Below the pieces are notes generated by a model. The model saw only the letters and a program-made list of their open reading frames with translations. It had not been told where the DNA came from and ran no database searches. 64,000 nt of DNA. It comes from Allosphingosinicella sp. (GTDB lineage: Bacteria; Pseudomonadota; Alphaproteobacteria; Sphingomonadales; Sphingomonadaceae). The first letter of the stretch is position 1. Each line of letters starts with the position of its first letter. A program made the translations under genes and the position numbers. Where the stretch lies: positions 1,295-65,294 of the forward strand of contig DASQLT010000070.1 of the NCBI GenBank assembly GCA_035629855.1. Direction: 5' to 3'. Shown piece by piece: positions 45,550-54,155 of this stretch.

Positions 45550-46448
45550 TGCAGGCCTGCCTCGCCCGCTCCGAGACTTGCGCTCCGGAATGGGCGGCGA
45601 CTCTTCGCCGCGACGGCTATTGCGTCGTCCGGGACCTCCTGCCGGAGCCGCAGATCGAGGACCTGGACTGCGAGCTGTCGCCCCGATTCATCCGCACTTC
45701 CTTCGCCGAGGGCCCGTTCAGCGGCGCCCGCACCAAGCGCTTTCACGGCCTTCTCAAGCGCAGCCGCGGGGCCGAGGCGCTCGTCGCCCATCCGCTGGTC
45801 GTCGGGATCGCCGAGCAGATCCTGCTTCCCTATTGCGACACGCTCCAGCTGAACCTGACGCAGGCGATCGAGCTTCACCCCGGCGCCGCCGCTCAGGTGC
45901 CTCATCGGGACCAGGACATGTGGGCCGGCGAGAAGGGACGCACGGAATATCTTCTCAACGTGATGTGGCCGCTGACCCCTTTCACGCCGGAAAATGGCGG
46001 CACCGTGCTTTGGCCGGAGAGTCACAGGGGCCCGGGAGAAGGAATCATGCCGGTCGCCGATCCGGTTTCTCCGGAACTCGGGCCTGGCGACGCCCTCATG
46101 TTTCTCGGCTCCACCCTCCACGCCGGCGGGGCGAATCGAACGCTCGTTCCGCGGCGCGGGATCATCGTCAGCTACTGCCTCGGCTGGCTCAAGCCCTATG
46201 AGAATATGTGGCTGACCTATCCGCCGGAAATCGCACGCGATTTCTCGCAAGAGCTTCGCGACCTCGTCGGCTATCGGCGCCACCGGCCGAATCTCGGCAA
46301 TTATGACGGCCAATGTCCGTCGATCCTGTTCGAGGACGAGATTCCGGACTTCCTGCCTGTTACTGACGCTCTTGTGCCGGAGCAGCAGCAGCGCTTAGAA
46401 GAGTTCGTCAGCCGACAGGCGGCCGCTCCGCCGCGGCGCGGCGTTTAG
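45549..46448 (+). CDS. phytanoyl-CoA dioxygenase (PhyH) family Fe(II)/2-oxoglutarate dioxygenase
   Basis: Facial triad candidates H-R-D (VPHRDQD) and distal STLHAGGAN, plus RRGIIVSY. The ATG overlaps the LuxI stop (TGATG). Confidence 0.8.
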   Translation: MQACLARSETCAPEWAATLRRDGYCVVRDLLPEPQIEDLDCELSPRFIRTSFAEGPFSGARTKRFHGLLKRSRGAEALVAHPLVVGIAEQILLPYCDTLQLNLTQAIELHPGAAAQVPHRDQDMWAGEKGRTEYLLNVMWPLTPFTPENGGTVLWPESHRGPGEGIMPVADPVSPELGPGDALMFLGSTLHAGGANRTLVPRRGIIVSYCLGWLKPYENMWLTYPPEIARDFSQELRDLVGYRRHRPNLGNYDGQCPSILFEDEIPDFLPVTDALVPEQQQRLEEFVSRQAAAPPRRGV

Positions 46449-46459
46449 GAGGGGAGCGA

Positions 46460-46930
46460 ATGGTCGCACAGCCGACAGGCAGGCACGGGCCGGAAGATGC
46501 GAGCAGCCTCGCGACCGAAACCGAACGAATCATTCTCGAGATCGAGTCGCGGCTGCACCGGCTGATCGAGACGTCGCGCCGCGAATCGGGTCCGGCCGCG
46601 CAATCGTCGGTGCTGGCCGCCGCGGCGGAAGCCTGCGCCGCGCGCCGAAGGCTCTACGCTCTGTTCGGACGGAGGCTGTTCTGCGATCCCTCGTGGGACA
46701 TATTGCTCGAATTGTTCGTCAGCACCCTGGAAGGCCGGAAGGTCACCGTTTCGACCGCCTGCATGGCGGCTTGCGCTCCGACCACGACGGCGCTTCGCCA
46801 CATCGCCTATCTCGTTCAGGAGGGCCTGGTCGTCCGCCGTCCCCACCCGGCCGACGCCCGAAGCACCTATCTCGAGCTCACGCCTCAGGCGATCACCCGA
46901 CTGACGCAATATTTCAACGAGTCGAACTGA
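46460..46930 (+). CDS. winged-helix (MarR-like) DNA-binding protein
   Basis: C-terminal TVSTACMAACAPTTTALRHIAYLVQEGLVVRRPHPADARSTYLELT. AGGAGGGG upstream of the ATG. Same strand, 11 nt after the PhyH gene. Confidence 0.65.
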   Translation: MVAQPTGRHGPEDASSLATETERIILEIESRLHRLIETSRRESGPAAQSSVLAAAAEACAARRRLYALFGRRLFCDPSWDILLELFVSTLEGRKVTVSTACMAACAPTTTALRHIAYLVQEGLVVRRPHPADARSTYLELTPQAITRLTQYFNESN

Positions 46931-47093
46931 CCTCTGGATAGTCGCGCTGGATCGAATCGAGCGCCATCGAGACGTAGGCCGCCGCGCCGTGAAGCTCCGC
47001 CTTGTCGAGCGAATCGAGCAGATCGTTGAGTTTAGTGCGCAGGCCCTTGACCTGATGCGGCGAGGATCTCGCTTCCGATAGCTTCGAGTCCAT
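46914..47093 (-). CDS. small hypothetical protein (60 aa)
   Basis: Only an ORF with a plausible ATG (MDSKLSEARS...). No motif. May be non-coding. Confidence 0.25.
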   Translation of the reverse strand: MDSKLSEARSSPHQVKGLRTKLNDLLDSLDKAELHGAAAYVSMALDSIQRDYPEVSSTR

Positions 47094-47261
47094 CCATGGG
47101 CCTCCCCTTTGGTGCGCGTTCGTCCCAAGCTTTGCCTGGGAGTGCACCCTTCGCCCGAAACGCATCCCATCGCGCGTCCGGGCCAGAAGCCCCTGCCGCC
47201 TCTTTACGCGAACGTAAGCCGTGCGGGAAGGGGGCGTCGCAATTAGTCGATCCGTTTTGAA

Positions 47262-48233
47262 CTAATATTCGGAGGAACCGGATATCGCCGACACCGAATC
47301 CAGCCGATCCAGCTGATCGGGGGTCAGCTCCAGGATCATCGCACCGATCAACTCCTCGAGCTGCTCGACGGTTCTCGCGCTCGAGATGGGCGCGGCGACG
47401 GCGGGCTGGGCGGCGACCCAGGCGAGCGCGATCTGCGCCGGCGTCGCCTCGGTCTCGGCCGCGATCCCGTCCAGCACCGCGAGGACGGCGGGGCCTCGGC
47501 CTTCCGCATATTTGGCCATCCGGTCGCCGCGGACGCTCTTCGCGTAATCCGCCTCGGACCGGTACTTGCCGGTGAGATAGCCCGAGGCGAGGCCGTAGAA
47601 GGGCAGAACGCCGATGTCCTCGGCCAGGCAGAGCCGTTGCAGCGCCCCTTCGAGCTTTCCCCGTTCCAGCAGATGATATTCGTTCTGGAGGATTTCGTAG
47701 CGGCTCATTCCCATCTCGCCGGCCAGCGACAGGGCCCGCCCGAGCCGCTCCGCAGTGAAGTTGGAGGCGCCGAGCGCCCGCACCTTGCCGGCCCTGACCA
47801 GCTTGTCGAACGCCTCGATCACGTCCTCCATCGGCGTGTCGGGATCGTCCTGGTGCGCATAATAGAGGTCGATCGTCTCGACCCCGAGGCGCTTCAGCGA
47901 GGCCTCGGCGGCCTTCTCGATCCGCCAGGGCTCGAGCTTGCCGCCGCCGTGGCGGTGGAGCATTCCGACCTTGGTCGCGATCAGGACGTCCTCGCGCGAT
48001 CCTCGCCGTCGAAGCCACTCGCCGATCAAGGTCTCCGATTCGCCGCCCCGATGCCCGGGCACCCAGGCCGAATAGACGTCGGCGGTGTCGATCATCGTCC
48101 CGCCCGCCTCGACGAAGCGGTCGAGGATCCGGAACGCCTCCTCTCCGCTCGCCGTCCAGCCGAAGACGTTTCCGCCCAGAACCAGTCTCGGAGTCGTCAA
48201 CCCGCTGCGTCCCAGTGGGCGAAGCTCAACCAT
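47262..48233 (-). CDS. aldo/keto reductase
   Basis: GGNVFGW...IDTADVYS...LGASNF...LPFYGLASGYLTGKY pattern. Confidence 0.9.
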   Translation of the reverse strand: MVELRPLGRSGLTTPRLVLGGNVFGWTASGEEAFRILDRFVEAGGTMIDTADVYSAWVPGHRGGESETLIGEWLRRRGSREDVLIATKVGMLHRHGGGKLEPWRIEKAAEASLKRLGVETIDLYYAHQDDPDTPMEDVIEAFDKLVRAGKVRALGASNFTAERLGRALSLAGEMGMSRYEILQNEYHLLERGKLEGALQRLCLAEDIGVLPFYGLASGYLTGKYRSEADYAKSVRGDRMAKYAEGRGPAVLAVLDGIAAETEATPAQIALAWVAAQPAVAAPISSARTVEQLEELIGAMILELTPDQLDRLDSVSAISGSSEY

Positions 48234-48245
48234 CCGATTTCCCCT

Positions 48246-49244
48246 TCATATCTCCTCCCGCCGCCGGTGCCGCGCCTCGAGCGCCTCGATCGCTTCGCGG
48301 ACGCGCTGGGTCTCGCCTTTGGGGACGACCAGCACCGCGCGCTCGGTCGCGACGATGACGAGGTCCTCGACTCCGAGCGCCACCACCACCGGCCCGTCGG
48401 AGCGCACCAGGCAATTGCGGCTGTCCGGGGCGACGACGTCCCCGCTGAGCAGATTGCCGTCGCCGTCCAGCGGTCCGAGCGCGTGAAGCGACTCCCAGCT
48501 GCCGATGTCGGACCAGCCCATCGAGGCCGGAACCACCGCGACCTTGTCCGCTTTCTCCATCACCGCCGTGTCGATCGAGACGGAAGGCGCCGACTCGAAA
48601 TCGCCTTCCGCCGCCGCCAGCACCGCCGGCGAATGATTCCGAAGGGCGTCGAGCAGGGCCTCGCGCTCGAACAGGAAGATTCCGGCATTCCAGTCCCAGC
48701 CGCCCTCGGCGACCCAGGCCTGCGCCGTCGTCCGATCGGGCTTCTCGGCGAAACGGGCGGCGCGAAACGCTCCCGGGGCGAGCGCCTCGCCCCGCTTGAT
48801 GTAGCCGTAGCCGGTCTCGGCCCGGTCCGGCGTGATCCCGAACGTGACCAGCCAGCCGGCTCCGGCCAGCGGCGCCGCCGTCGCCACTGCGGCGCGGAAG
48901 GCGGCCTCGTCCTCGATATGATGGTCGCTCGGCATGACCAGGAGCAGCTCGCCCTTGCCGGCCGCCAGCGCCGCCAGGGCGACCGCCGCCGCCGTTCCGC
49001 GCGCGCAGGGCTCGAGCAGCAGGCGCGCGTCCGGAACCTCCGAGCGCACCGCCAGCGCCTGCTCCCGGGCCGCTACGACGATCGGCGGGCCCCAGCCGGC
49101 CGCCCGGCTCGCGGTGGCCTTGAGCAGGCTTTCCGAGCCGGTCAGAGCCAGGAACTGCTTGGGCCGCCCCGCCCGCGACAGCGGCCAGAGCCGGGTCCCG
49201 GCGCCGCCGGAAAGGATGACGGGCCGGATGGTGGGGATGTTCAT
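48246..49244 (-). CDS. mannose-1-phosphate guanylyltransferase-like sugar nucleotidyltransferase (no cupin/PMI domain)
   Basis: PVILSGGAGTRLWPLSRAGRPKQFL N-terminus and GYGYI. Confidence 0.8.
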   Translation of the reverse strand: MNIPTIRPVILSGGAGTRLWPLSRAGRPKQFLALTGSESLLKATASRAAGWGPPIVVAAREQALAVRSEVPDARLLLEPCARGTAAAVALAALAAGKGELLLVMPSDHHIEDEAAFRAAVATAAPLAGAGWLVTFGITPDRAETGYGYIKRGEALAPGAFRAARFAEKPDRTTAQAWVAEGGWDWNAGIFLFEREALLDALRNHSPAVLAAAEGDFESAPSVSIDTAVMEKADKVAVVPASMGWSDIGSWESLHALGPLDGDGNLLSGDVVAPDSRNCLVRSDGPVVVALGVEDLVIVATERAVLVVPKGETQRVREAIEALEARHRRREEI

Positions 49245-49290
49245 GACGGCGGTGTAGCAGAGGTCGCAGGCTTCGCCAGCCTATCGGAAC

Positions 49291-49372
49291 GTCACCCTGA
49301 ACTTGTTTCAGGGTCCAGGTCTCCACCCGCGAGGCGGCTCGCCGCTGCATGCTGAAACAAGCTCAGCATGAC
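49291..49372. repeat. REP-like element, family B
   Basis: GTCACCCTGAACTTGTTTCAGGGTCC ... GCATGCTGAAACAAGCTCAGCATGAC. Confidence 0.9.
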
Positions 49373-49377
49373 GGCCC

Positions 49378-50028
49378 TCAGGTCCGGACGATCGCCTCGC
49401 CCATCTCCAGCCTCTTGCCCTTCGTTACGATGACGACGTCGCCGAGCTTCGCCGTTCCGAACAATTTGCGGGCGAAGTCGGTCGGCACCGCGACGCAGCC
49501 GTGGGTGGCGAAGCCCGGGGCGACGCTGTCGCTGCCGTGGATGGAGATGCCGTCGTCGGTCATCCGCATCATGAAGGGCATGGACGAGCCGTAGAGGTTG
49601 GAGACGTGCTTCGCCTTCTTCTGGGTGATCGGGAAGGCGCCGAGCGGGGTCGGCTTGTCGTCGCGGCCGTAGAGGATCGCGGCGGCGCCGATCTCATAGC
49701 CGCCGCGGAAGATGGAGAGGACCTGCGCCTCGAGATCGACGGTGATCACGATCGGCCCTTCGGCCGGGGCCCCGCTCTCGTCCCAATGATGCTCGCCCAT
49801 CCTCAGCGGTCCGGGAATGTCGAGGATTCGGCGAACGACGAAATCGGGATCGGCGGGCGCCGGGGCGGGCGCGGAGGCGGCGACGACCGGAGCGGAGGCC
49901 GGGGCAGGGGCCTCGGCCGCAACCGGCGCCCGGGCGGGCGCGTCGGTGACCTCGAAGCCGACGGCCAGAAGGGCCGCGCCGGTCAGCAAGCCCGTCCCGA
50001 TCCGCATTGCGATTGTCCGTCCCGTCAT
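49378..50028 (-). CDS. L,D-transpeptidase (YkuD domain)
   Basis: C-terminal ISIHGSD...THGCVAV catalytic motif. Ala/Pro linker. ATG at 50028 chosen for the signal/anchor sequence. Confidence 0.85.
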   Translation of the reverse strand: MTGRTIAMRIGTGLLTGAALLAVGFEVTDAPARAPVAAEAPAPASAPVVAASAPAPAPADPDFVVRRILDIPGPLRMGEHHWDESGAPAEGPIVITVDLEAQVLSIFRGGYEIGAAAILYGRDDKPTPLGAFPITQKKAKHVSNLYGSSMPFMMRMTDDGISIHGSDSVAPGFATHGCVAVPTDFARKLFGTAKLGDVVIVTKGKRLEMGEAIVRT

Positions 50029-50500
50029 CGCTTTCGCCCTTGAAAGAGGCCTTTTCGAGCCTGGAAAGCTCGCTCGTTGTCGCAACCGATCCCGTTCTTC
50101 CACCCCCGCAATCGGCCTGTGCCGGCACGGGACGGCGGCCCGGCAAAGGCTAAGGCGTAGAAAGCGGGCCCGGCGCTCGCAACGGCGCCCGGCGCCCCGC
50201 CCCCCGCGAAGCGCCGGTCGTCCGGCTGACGGGCCGGGCCCGCGCCGACTCGCTTGTGGCAAGCGGCGGCAAGGGGAGATTGATCCGAATCCGGAGCCTT
50301 CGCAAGCGCGGGAAGGCGCTGATTCGAACCACTTGTTTGTAATCGTTTGAGAATCTTTGCGGCAGTATTGAATTAAAACTGGATTTGCCCTCGATCTTTA
50401 TGATATCGACGCCTTACCGAGAGTTTGGAATGGCTTCCTCTCACGGTGGGGGCCGGGAGGTTTGCTTCCACGGGCCGCCCGGCCCCCTTATCGATTTGCG

Positions 50501-50821
50501 CTACGAATTCTTCTCATGACCGGCGTCGGCCGGCCCGCGGCCGGTCGTCCCGCTGCCGGCCGCCCCGCTCCAGGCCGGCGGCGAGCCGAGATCCTTGGGC
50601 TCAGGCCTCGTGATCTCCCAATTGGCCCTTCGCAGATGCTCGGCGATGTGATCGGCGACGGCGCCGTGCACCTGCGGCTCCGAGTCATGATCCTGCCGTT
50701 TCTCGAGCGTCGCCAGCTGATATTTTTCGAGCGCCCGCCAGATCGGCTTGGGCATGACCCGAAGCCAGACCCGGATCGCCCGGGCGAGCTCTGCGGAAGT
50801 GACGGCGATTCGCGTATTCAT
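50501..50821 (-). CDS. hypothetical protein next to an SOS box
   Basis: 106-aa ORF with no motif. The annotated ATG lies only 4 nt from the GAAC-N7-GAAC box, so an internal start (MPKPIW) is possible. Confidence 0.4.
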   Translation of the reverse strand: MNTRIAVTSAELARAIRVWLRVMPKPIWRALEKYQLATLEKRQDHDSEPQVHGAVADHIAEHLRRANWEITRPEPKDLGSPPAWSGAAGSGTTGRGPADAGHEKNS

Positions 50822-50824
50822 TCA

Positions 50825-50839
50825 GAACAAATAGAGAAC
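50825..50839. promoter_or_regulatory. alphaproteobacterial LexA (SOS) box, GAAC-N7-GAAC
   Basis: GAACAAATAGAGAAC read directly. It lies in the divergent region between the 106-aa ORF and the SRAP peptidase gene. Confidence 0.55.
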
Positions 50840-51074
50840 AAACACCCGCTTCGGCAATCGATTTTTCGAATTATCGATATCAACGGCATTCCGTTTTCGG
50901 GTGCCTTATAAGCGACGCCCTCCTGAGCCACGGCCTTCACGAGCGACGCCCGTCATGGACTACGCCCTCAGGAGCGACGGGCCTGGACGTGGGAGGGTGG
51001 CCGGCGGACGGCCGGGCGAAGGCGCCCTGACCCTCCGGCTTCCCCTTCGCCGCCGCAAAAGTTAAGCCTCCCTC

Positions 51075-51671
51075 ATGTGCAATCTCTACCGTCAGCGCAG
51101 CACCGAGAATCTGGCCCGGCTGTTCGACGCCGTGGCGCTCGACCTGCCCTTCGAAGCCAGGCCCGACATCTACCCCAAATACGAAGCCTTGGTGGTCAGG
51201 AAGGAGAATGGCGAGCGCCGGCTCGATCGCATGGCGTGGGGGATTGTCCGGACGATGCCCGGCAAGAGCGGCAAGCCGATCAAGAAGGCGGTCACCAACG
51301 TCCGCAACCTCCAAAGCCCGTTTTGGCGCTCGACCATCGCCGCTCCCGCCCAGCGCTGCCTCGTCCCCTTCACCAGCTTCGCCGAGCCTCGCCCCGGCAA
51401 GGATCCCGAGACCGGCCGGCCCGCCAATTGGTGGTTCACGATCGAAGGGGAGGAATGCAGCGCCTTCGCCGGCATCTGGCGAATGAGCGAGGGCGCCAAG
51501 CGCTTCGCCTTCCTCACCTGCGACCCCAACCCGCTCGTCGCCCCGCTCCACCCCAAGGCGATGCCGGTCGTCCTCCAGCGCGAGGATTACGATTCCTGGC
51601 TCGACGGCGAGGCCGCGGACGCCTGTTCGCTCGCTTCGCCTTTTCCGAGCCAGCTGATGCGGGTGGCCTGA
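51075..51671 (+). CDS. SOS-response-associated peptidase (SRAP/YedK family, abasic-site processing)
   Basis: Starts MCNLY (catalytic Cys2), with NVRN, WFTIEG...FAGIW and HPKAMPVVL. Confidence 0.9.
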   Translation: MCNLYRQRSTENLARLFDAVALDLPFEARPDIYPKYEALVVRKENGERRLDRMAWGIVRTMPGKSGKPIKKAVTNVRNLQSPFWRSTIAAPAQRCLVPFTSFAEPRPGKDPETGRPANWWFTIEGEECSAFAGIWRMSEGAKRFAFLTCDPNPLVAPLHPKAMPVVLQREDYDSWLDGEAADACSLASPFPSQLMRVA

Positions 51672-52088
51672 GATGAAGACGCCCAGGCCTCGCGACGATC
51701 GAGCCTAGGGAGCCGGTTCACCCAAAGCACCGAAGCACCAAAGGGTTCGACGCGGCTCGGCCGGCCGCGCACGGTCGCCGGTATCCGTTCGGAAGGAGCG
51801 ACGACGTCGCTCGACGAAACCCTTCGATTCGTCCTCCAGCGCGAGGATTACGATTCCTGGCTCGACGGCGAGGCCGCGGACGCCTGCTCGCTCGCTTCGC
51901 CTTTTCCGAGCCAGCTGATGCGGGTGGCCTGAGATGCAGACGCCCGAGCATCGCGACGATCGAGGCTGAGAATCGGGTTCACCCAAAGCACCGAAGCACC
52001 AAAGGGTTCGACGCGGCTCCGCCGGCCGCGCGCGATCGCCGGTGTCCGTTCGGAAGGAGCGACGACGTCGCTCGACGAAACCCTTCGA
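51568..52088 (+). repeat. tandem duplication, 2 x ~260 bp (51568-51828 and 51829-52088), of the SRAP 3-prime end plus downstream half-REP
   Basis: Aligned by eye, with roughly 16 differences in 260 nt clustered just after the stop codon. Copy 2 keeps an orphan VLQREDYDSWLDGEAADACSLASPFPSQLMRVA* fragment. Confidence 0.9.
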
Positions 52089-52116
52089 GTCGGCTCGGGA
52101 CGGCGCGCCGCTCAGG

Positions 52117-52147
52117 CCTCTTTGGTCCTTTGGTGCTTTGGGTGAAC
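52117..52147. repeat. family D repeat arm (CCTCTTTGGTCCTTTGGTGCTTTGGGTGAAC)
   Basis: Inverted complement of GGTTCACCCAAAGCACCGAAGCACCAAAGGG at 51715-51745 and 51976-52006. Confidence 0.85.
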
Positions 52148-52364
52148 GACACCGGCCTAGCGGGGCAACGTTCCTTCCTGATGCATAGAACATCGGCAGA
52201 ACAAACGTCTCCTACAATGCGCGGGACCCCGATCGACGGGACACTGTGGTGCGGTCAGGCGACTGTCACCAGAGTGTCCCCCGCCGCGATGACAATCGGG
52301 AGTCCCGGCTTCAGCCGACTGGGTGCCGGGCGCGTGCCGGCTACGGGCCTGCACCGATCGCAGG

Positions 52365-53030
52365 CTAACGGCCGCCGTTGATATTTTTGCGGGCCTCGGC
52401 ATTCGGGTCGACCATCGGCTTGGTGCTCCCGAACGGCTGGGCCTTCATCGGCGCCGGGGCGGTGTCCCGCATCTCCTCGCGCATCTCGCCGCCCGGGCCG
52501 GAATTGCCCATTCGCGATCGCAGGCCCGCCAGATCCCCCGAGTCGAACATCTTGAGGGACTTGCCCGCCTCGATGTCCCTCGCCAGCTCGCCGAGCATCT
52601 GGCCGACCGTGAGATTGACCAGCGCCTCGGGCGCCGGGACCCACTCGCCGGTGGCGTCCGGGTCGCCGAACCGCTTGGCGAGCGCCGCCTGGTCGAGCTC
52701 GACGTCGGCGGCGAGCCGGCTCGCCGCGCCGCCCTGGTCCGGGGTCACGCTGAGATCGACCGAGCCGATCGTCCTGCCCTCGACGCTGAGCGCGAAATGC
52801 ACGGCCTTGCCGGCGTCCTTGCGGACCTCCAGGGTCATCGGCGGCCCGTCATTCTCCGCCGGGATCACCCTCGTCACCTCCGGAGCCATCGCCGAAAGCG
52901 CCGCATAGACCGCGGCCGGCGATTTCGCGACCAGCCGCTCCGCATCGTGCCCGCCCGCGAAGTCCCCCGTCATCGCAAGCCCGCCAACCCCCGCCGCCGC
53001 GAAACCGAACACCATCACCTTGAGCGACAT
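52365..53030 (-). CDS. hypothetical membrane-anchored protein
   Basis: N-terminal hydrophobic segment VMVFGFAAAGVGGLAM. 221 aa. No recognised motif. Confidence 0.5.
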   Translation of the reverse strand: MSLKVMVFGFAAAGVGGLAMTGDFAGGHDAERLVAKSPAAVYAALSAMAPEVTRVIPAENDGPPMTLEVRKDAGKAVHFALSVEGRTIGSVDLSVTPDQGGAASRLAADVELDQAALAKRFGDPDATGEWVPAPEALVNLTVGQMLGELARDIEAGKSLKMFDSGDLAGLRSRMGNSGPGGEMREEMRDTAPAPMKAQPFGSTKPMVDPNAEARKNINGGR

Positions 53031-53151
53031 AGACTTTTTCCCCTCTTGTCGGGGCCGGTCATGACGAATGAGGGTTTAAGAAAGCGTTTGCGGCGGGGCG
53101 TGTGGCGATGCTCGTGCGGACGACCGCCTGGGAGACGGTCGGATCGAGGAG

Positions 53152-53228
53152 ATAAACAGTGACAGTATACGTTTAGAACACGTGGATCCGGCGGCGTCGG
53201 CGTCGATAAATGTATACTGTCACTGTTT
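53152..53228. repeat. second copy of the 23-bp inverted-repeat element (TAAACAGTGACAGTATACGTTTA - 31 bp - TAAATGTATACTGTCACTGTTTA)
   Basis: One mismatch between the arms (G at 53170). The interior is unrelated to copy 1. It lies ~120 bp upstream of the minus-strand start at 53030. Confidence 0.9.
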
Positions 53229-53285
53229 ACCCGCCTGCGTGGACGCAGGGGCGAGGGCGCCCGGACCGCGCCCGGCCCCCCTCGG

Positions 53286-53317
53286 CCTCTTTTGTGCTTA
53301 GGCGCTTCGGGTGAAAC
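53286..53317. repeat. family D repeat arm (diverged)
   Basis: CCTCTTTTGTGCTTAGGCGCTTCGGGTGAAAC. Confidence 0.6.
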
Positions 53318-53332
53318 CACGGCGCACGGCGC

Positions 53333-53707
53333 TCAATAGGCGCTCGCCTCGAAGGTCTCGGCCTTCGGGCCGCAGGCCTCGACGTGCCGATCGCACGAAT
53401 AATGGCCCTTGGCCATTTCACATTCGATGCTGACGGTGCCGCTCACCTCCCCGACGGGAGCTTCCTCGCCGGCCTCATGGTAGAGCGCGCCGTCGTCCGG
53501 ATAATGGAAGGCCCACCACACCCGGCGGACGATGAAATCCTCCGTCCCGACATCGGCTCTCTCGACAGGTTCCTCGCGATCCCGGATGACGGTAAGATAG
53601 TCGCCTTCGCGGGGCAACGCCGGGACCTGCATCCGAAGGCTGTATTCCGCCTCGCCGCCGCCCGGCGGAACGACCACCAAAGTCACCTCGAACATATCCA
53701 CCTCCAA
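53333..53707 (-). CDS. hypothetical small protein
   Basis: 124-aa ORF (or from MFEVTL at 53695). Cys/His-containing C-terminus. No motif recognised. Confidence 0.45.
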   Translation of the reverse strand: MEVDMFEVTLVVVPPGGGEAEYSLRMQVPALPREGDYLTVIRDREEPVERADVGTEDFIVRRVWWAFHYPDDGALYHEAGEEAPVGEVSGTVSIECEMAKGHYSCDRHVEACGPKAETFEASAY

Positions 53708-53853
53708 TGCCCCGAATCGGCCGCACCGCCGTCATTCCCGACGAGGTATATTCTTGTTTTGTTCCAAATGCAACCGGCGGCCGCTCCGCGATGAAGGAGC
53801 GGCTGCGCCGCTCGACGATATCTTCGGGTTCCGCGGCGTCCGAGGTGCCCCGG

Positions 53854-53885
53854 CCTCTTTGGCCCTTTGGTGCTTTAGGTGAAAC
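53854..53885. repeat. family D repeat arm
   Basis: CCTCTTTGGCCCTTTGGTGCTTTAGGTGAAAC. Confidence 0.8.
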
Positions 53886-54155
53886 GAGGGCGCCGCGCCG
53901 CGCCCTGAGCGACGCGGCCGGGCTCAGCAGCGTCGCCGTGAAGCGCCCCGGGCTTTCACCCGGCCGATTTTCATGGGCTCTCGACCGGACGAGCCATGCA
54001 CTTCGATGGCGTGCATGGCCGTGATTTCGTATTCGCGCCACAGGCCGCCGGGGCTGCGCCGGCGGCCCGACGGACGGTTTTCACGCTTTCTTTGTCAATT
54101 TGAGCGACACTAAGACCCTGTCGGCAGAACTTACACTCCGCGAGGCGCACGTCCT

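Noticed and set aside
50520-50585. Apparent GC-rich tandem repeat (CGGCCGGCCCGCGGCCGGTCGTCCCGCTGCCGGCCGCCCCGCTCC) inside ORF 50501-50821.
   Set aside because: This is only loose compositional repetition encoding a Gly/Ala/Pro-rich tail. There is no exact unit length.
54040-54155. Sigma-54 (-24/-12) promoter for the PEP-CTERM operon and elsewhere (TGGCAC hits near 2044, 28077 and 63675).
   Set aside because: None of the TGGCAC occurrences seen by eye is followed by TTGC at the correct spacing, and the hits lie inside coding regions. The scan was not exhaustive.
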